This document shows, one piece after another, positions 60,045 to 64,000 of a DNA stretch of 64,000 nt; position 1 is the first letter of the stretch; each line of letters begins with the position of its first letter. The position numbers and the translations under genes were made by a program. Origin of the DNA: Owenia fusiformis (Eukaryota); the NCBI GenBank assembly GCA_903813345.2, contig CAIIXF020000001.1:11904001-11968000 (forward strand), written 5' to 3'. The notes below the pieces were generated by a model. The model saw only the letters and a program-made list of their open reading frames with translations. It made no database searches and had not been told where the DNA came from.

Positions 60045-61761
60045 TTTTGGCCTCTCATTTTGACAATTAACATCAGGGTGGTGAACTATAAGTTATTGGA
60101 CTATTTCATTGCATGTATTTCATAAAGTTCTGGGAGAAGGTGCTTTTCACATTTTCACATTTTCAGCTTAATCATGCGATGGCACACATTTATTTTATTC
60201 AGATGATTAACACAACCACCTGGTAATTTAAAGTCATATTCAAGTTGAATGGGAATGTAAATTCAGTTTCACATGTACTACGGTTTTCGGGACATAGCCA
60301 GGTATATCCTTGGTGGGTTAATATTTTCAAATTCTGGCTATGGTCCTTATTTGTAAAACCAGTTCACACATCTTGAGTGATGTGACCATTGCTTTAACAT
60401 ATTAATCAATGCAATAATTCTAGCTCGTAGATTATAGTGTTTTATGTTAGTTGTTTGATACTTCATTGTTGGAAACTGCTGAATAAGTTCAGGGAGACAC
60501 TGAAGATGTATGTTTATTAATGTTTTTTATGTGAAAAATCAAGGTGACTTTTGATAAGCATGATTGTATTCAATATGGTACATTATAGGGGAAAAGTAAG
60601 GTTTGCTGTGTTAACATAGAACAGAAGATCATATTGTACTGAAAATCAAAGTTTTACAGATGAAGGTTAATGCCAAATCTTGATCATTTTAATTGTGTCT
60701 TTTATACTTAGTATTGACGACTATTCCATGTACTGGTTAAGTTACTCCAAACCTAAAATTATCTATTTTGTGTCATGTTTAGAGCAAAGTTAATTAACTT
60801 TTTATTTTATGGTTTGGTTTCCATTTCAGGTATAAGTATAGAGTACTGTATTGAATACAGTCATGAATGCACTTCACACGTGTGAAAAAAACATGACAAA
60901 ATGCTCAGATTTTGTAATTCCAAATCAGTTTTTATTTTTTATTTCATAATGATAATGCTCATATGACAAATATAAGGCAAAGTAAGGTGAATATAGATAT
61001 AACTTTATAAATTTTATTGACTGGATCATGTTACTGAATATTTTAAAAATTGCCACACTTGTGAGAACAATCAATACTTTGAAGACATTGTCTTGCCAAA
61101 TCTTGATCATTTTAATTGTGTCTTTAATATTTAGTATTTATGACTATTCCATGTACAGTGTTAGCCAATAGGGCTATACATGTTTCCTGGACTTGAGTTT
61201 GTGGAATAGACATTGTATCATTATTTTAATTAATAGTTAAAAAGACATCATTTTCCACACATCTGTAAGGGAATTTTTAACATTCATGCCAACTCATGTG
61301 TGTAACTTCTTGTTTCATGTTATGTTATTTTGCTATATACTAGTACTGTATAAAACTATTTAATTGAGCTACTTCATATTGTATGCAAATAAATAAGGAA
61401 ATAAAACTTATTTACTTTCATTTCAAACTTTTATTTGTACCTTGTATGTATAAATAATACAACTATAATATTGTTTCGTAAAAAACATCTACCCATTTTT
61501 ACTGAGTGTTTCATTCAGTTTTAAGTTGGACAATAATAGTAGAAAACAATAGTTTCCTAATACACATATTCATTCAAATTCAAATTCTGCTCGACTTCTC
61601 CAATATTGAAATGTTTAATCAAAGAGGCTATTTACATCAGGACATATATCTCTATTATCAACAGGGATAAGGGCAACTATGAGCTCAGAAACTGTTCAGA
61701 AACGTTTCAAATAAGTTTCAATATTGGATAAGTTGAGCAGAATTTGAATGAATATCATATA

Positions 61762-63431
61762 CAGGGTGGTCCAAAAAAATGGGACACTCGTATTTTGAAA
61801 ATAGATATTGTTGATTTTCTTGATGAAAACTTGACATATTATATACCAGTGGATAGGGAATTTACTTATCTTTAATTTGGTATACCATAAGTTCAAATTT
61901 ATTATAATGTCTGTCAACCAGCGTCCATTATATAAATGACGTCATTTTCGTTTCAAAACAGGTTTTCCGAAACTTGCAAAAACCAAGTTTTTAGTCAACT
62001 TGATTTACATAATTAGACGCTCAATATATCCACCAATTTGATCAATTATAGCTCTCGATTTTAGCCTTAACTGGTCAAATGCATCATTGACATGCTGTTG
62101 AGACAGTGAATTTGCCTTTCCAATAATTCTGTCCTTAAGGGACTGAGTAGATGTAAGGGGTTCATGGTAAACCAATTCTGTTAGTTCTCCAAATACGCGG
62201 TAGTCGCAGACATTGACATCAGATGATCCAATTATGTTGTTTTTGGACCATCCTGATATGAGCTCACTTTCGAATTATTACATTTTCCAACAAGATGGGG
62301 TTCCAAGCAATAGATCTCACAAGAGTGTCAATTGTTTAAAGGAAAATGTGCCTAGATTCATTCCCCTTAATCACTGCCTCGCCCAGATCACCTGATTACC
62401 CAACGTCTACCACTACCACGTATGGGGAGGACTGACAGAATTGGTATACCATAAATCCTTAAAGGGTTCCGATTAGCATCCCGTATAAAAACAATATGGC
62501 GGCTCCAGGCGAATTAACAGGATCAGTCCATTTTTAAGAAATAAGGGGAGTTCTGTAAAATCCAGTTTATTGAAATTGTCTTTGAGATAAAGTAATCCGT
62601 TTATAATGATTTTGAAAACGTTATCCAAAGAGTGATTGCGTTCAAAGAATACATGTACAACAGCTAATATAAATCCTTGTATTAGAAACCGGTTTGTCTT
62701 GCTTTGTTTCATTTGTAGGATATTTCATATGCCAAGCTGTGTGCTATTACGTTATGGGGAAATTTAGATGCCAATCTTTCCTTATTATAAACAAATAGAA
62801 GATCCTGAAACTTCACCCATAAATGTGGAATTGATTTGTCAAAAAAAAAATCACCCTTTTATAAATGTGTGACGATCTACAATATACTTATGCTATATAA
62901 CAGTTAGAGGTGTTGACACAACGACCTCGAACCTGAGAACCCTTGAGTATTATTCCGGGATCGGGCCTTTTATACTAAACGGTGAGCAACACCAGAAACG
63001 AGCGTTCGATTTGCTAAACGATATGCGTCACCCTTTAAGATCTATTCAGTCCCCTAAGGACAGAATTATTGAGAAGTGAAATTCATTGTCTCAACAGCAT
63101 ATCAATGATGCTATTGACCAATTTAGGCCAAAATTGAGGGCTACAATTGATCAAAATGGTGGACATATTGAACATCTGTTTATGTAAATAAAGTTGACAA
63201 TAAAACTTGGTTTTTGCTACTTTTGGAAAACCTGTTTTGAAACGAAAATGACGTCATTTATTTATATTATGGACGCTGATTGACAGACATTAAAATAAAT
63301 TTGAATTTATGATATACCAAATTAAAGATGAGTAAATTCCCTATCCACTGGTATATAATATGACATGTTTCATCAAGAAAATCAATATCTATTTTCGAAA
63401 TACGAGTGTCCCATTTTTTTGGACCACCCTG
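61762..63431 (+). mobile_element. Degenerate Tc1/mariner element with ~380-bp TIRs and transposase remnants
   Basis: ta|cagggtggtccaaaaaaatgggacactcgt ... acgagtgtcccatttttttggaccaccctg|ta. Remnant YIFQQDG..SH.S...L......FI and, after a frameshift, SPD....Y.VWG near 62280-62430; C-terminal INDAIDQF..L...IDQNGGHIEH near 63100-63175. Confidence 0.9.
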
Positions 63432-64000
63432 TATATCCAGATGAATATATTCGATAGTAATAAACTTTTAAAAGTATTAAATGGGAGAATTCAATGATAT
63501 AAGCCAATTCATGCATATACAATAATGTATGCCTTTGTATTAAATAATAATATATATGGCATTGTACTAAAATACCTTAATTGGTGACTTCAATGTAATG
63601 TCTACATCTTAAATCAGAGACATTGATTGTGCTTTTAATATACAGAACTACCTCCTATAACCATAGTACAGTAGACCTATCAAGAGTTCAATGATTGTAG
63701 AAGGAATGCACATGAAAATGTCCAAATTATCCTATATTTATAATTAACTCAGTAAGACCCTGATAAGTCCAAAAGGCAGATTCTCATGGTGATTCATTTA
63801 CTTCTTTTTAATAGAGATCTACTGATGATATGATCATTTTAAATCTGTATCTCCAAGTTTGATTATATTCTACTTTCCTCCATTTTTTACCTTCTCCCAT
63901 TCAAATTCATGTTTAAATACATAATTAATAATGTCAGCTCTATAGTTCATCTAAGTCTAGGGAGTCATCACTGTCAGCCGTATCCACATCACTCAAGTTT

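Overview
AT-rich, intron-rich animal genomic DNA, most consistent with a marine invertebrate such as a lophotrochozoan (inference, not determined). It is not prokaryotic, so most ORFs in the track are exon fragments or noise. Reading splice sites by eye gives five genes: the last coding exon of PPP1R7/sds22 (+); a complete 15-coding-exon GMP synthase (-); an uncharacterised ~243-aa gene (+) behind a palindromic RFX X-box, probably head-to-head with GMPS; an 8-exon 2-oxoglutarate/Fe(II) dioxygenase (-); and a 10-coding-exon DNAJC14 (+). Introns and intergenic DNA are packed with non-autonomous DNA transposons (hAT-, Tc1/mariner-, TTAA-type, Helentron/HINE-like) and minisatellites. Two observations stand out. 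(1) GMPS carries two homologous 98-nt copies of the exon just after the glutaminase catalytic Cys, with the hallmarks of mutually exclusive exons. (2) Three unrelated tandem arrays in two genes each repeat a 3' splice site plus the start of the following exon, leaving about 10-36 decoy acceptors directly upstream of the real exon. All gene models are manual and need RNA-seq confirmation.
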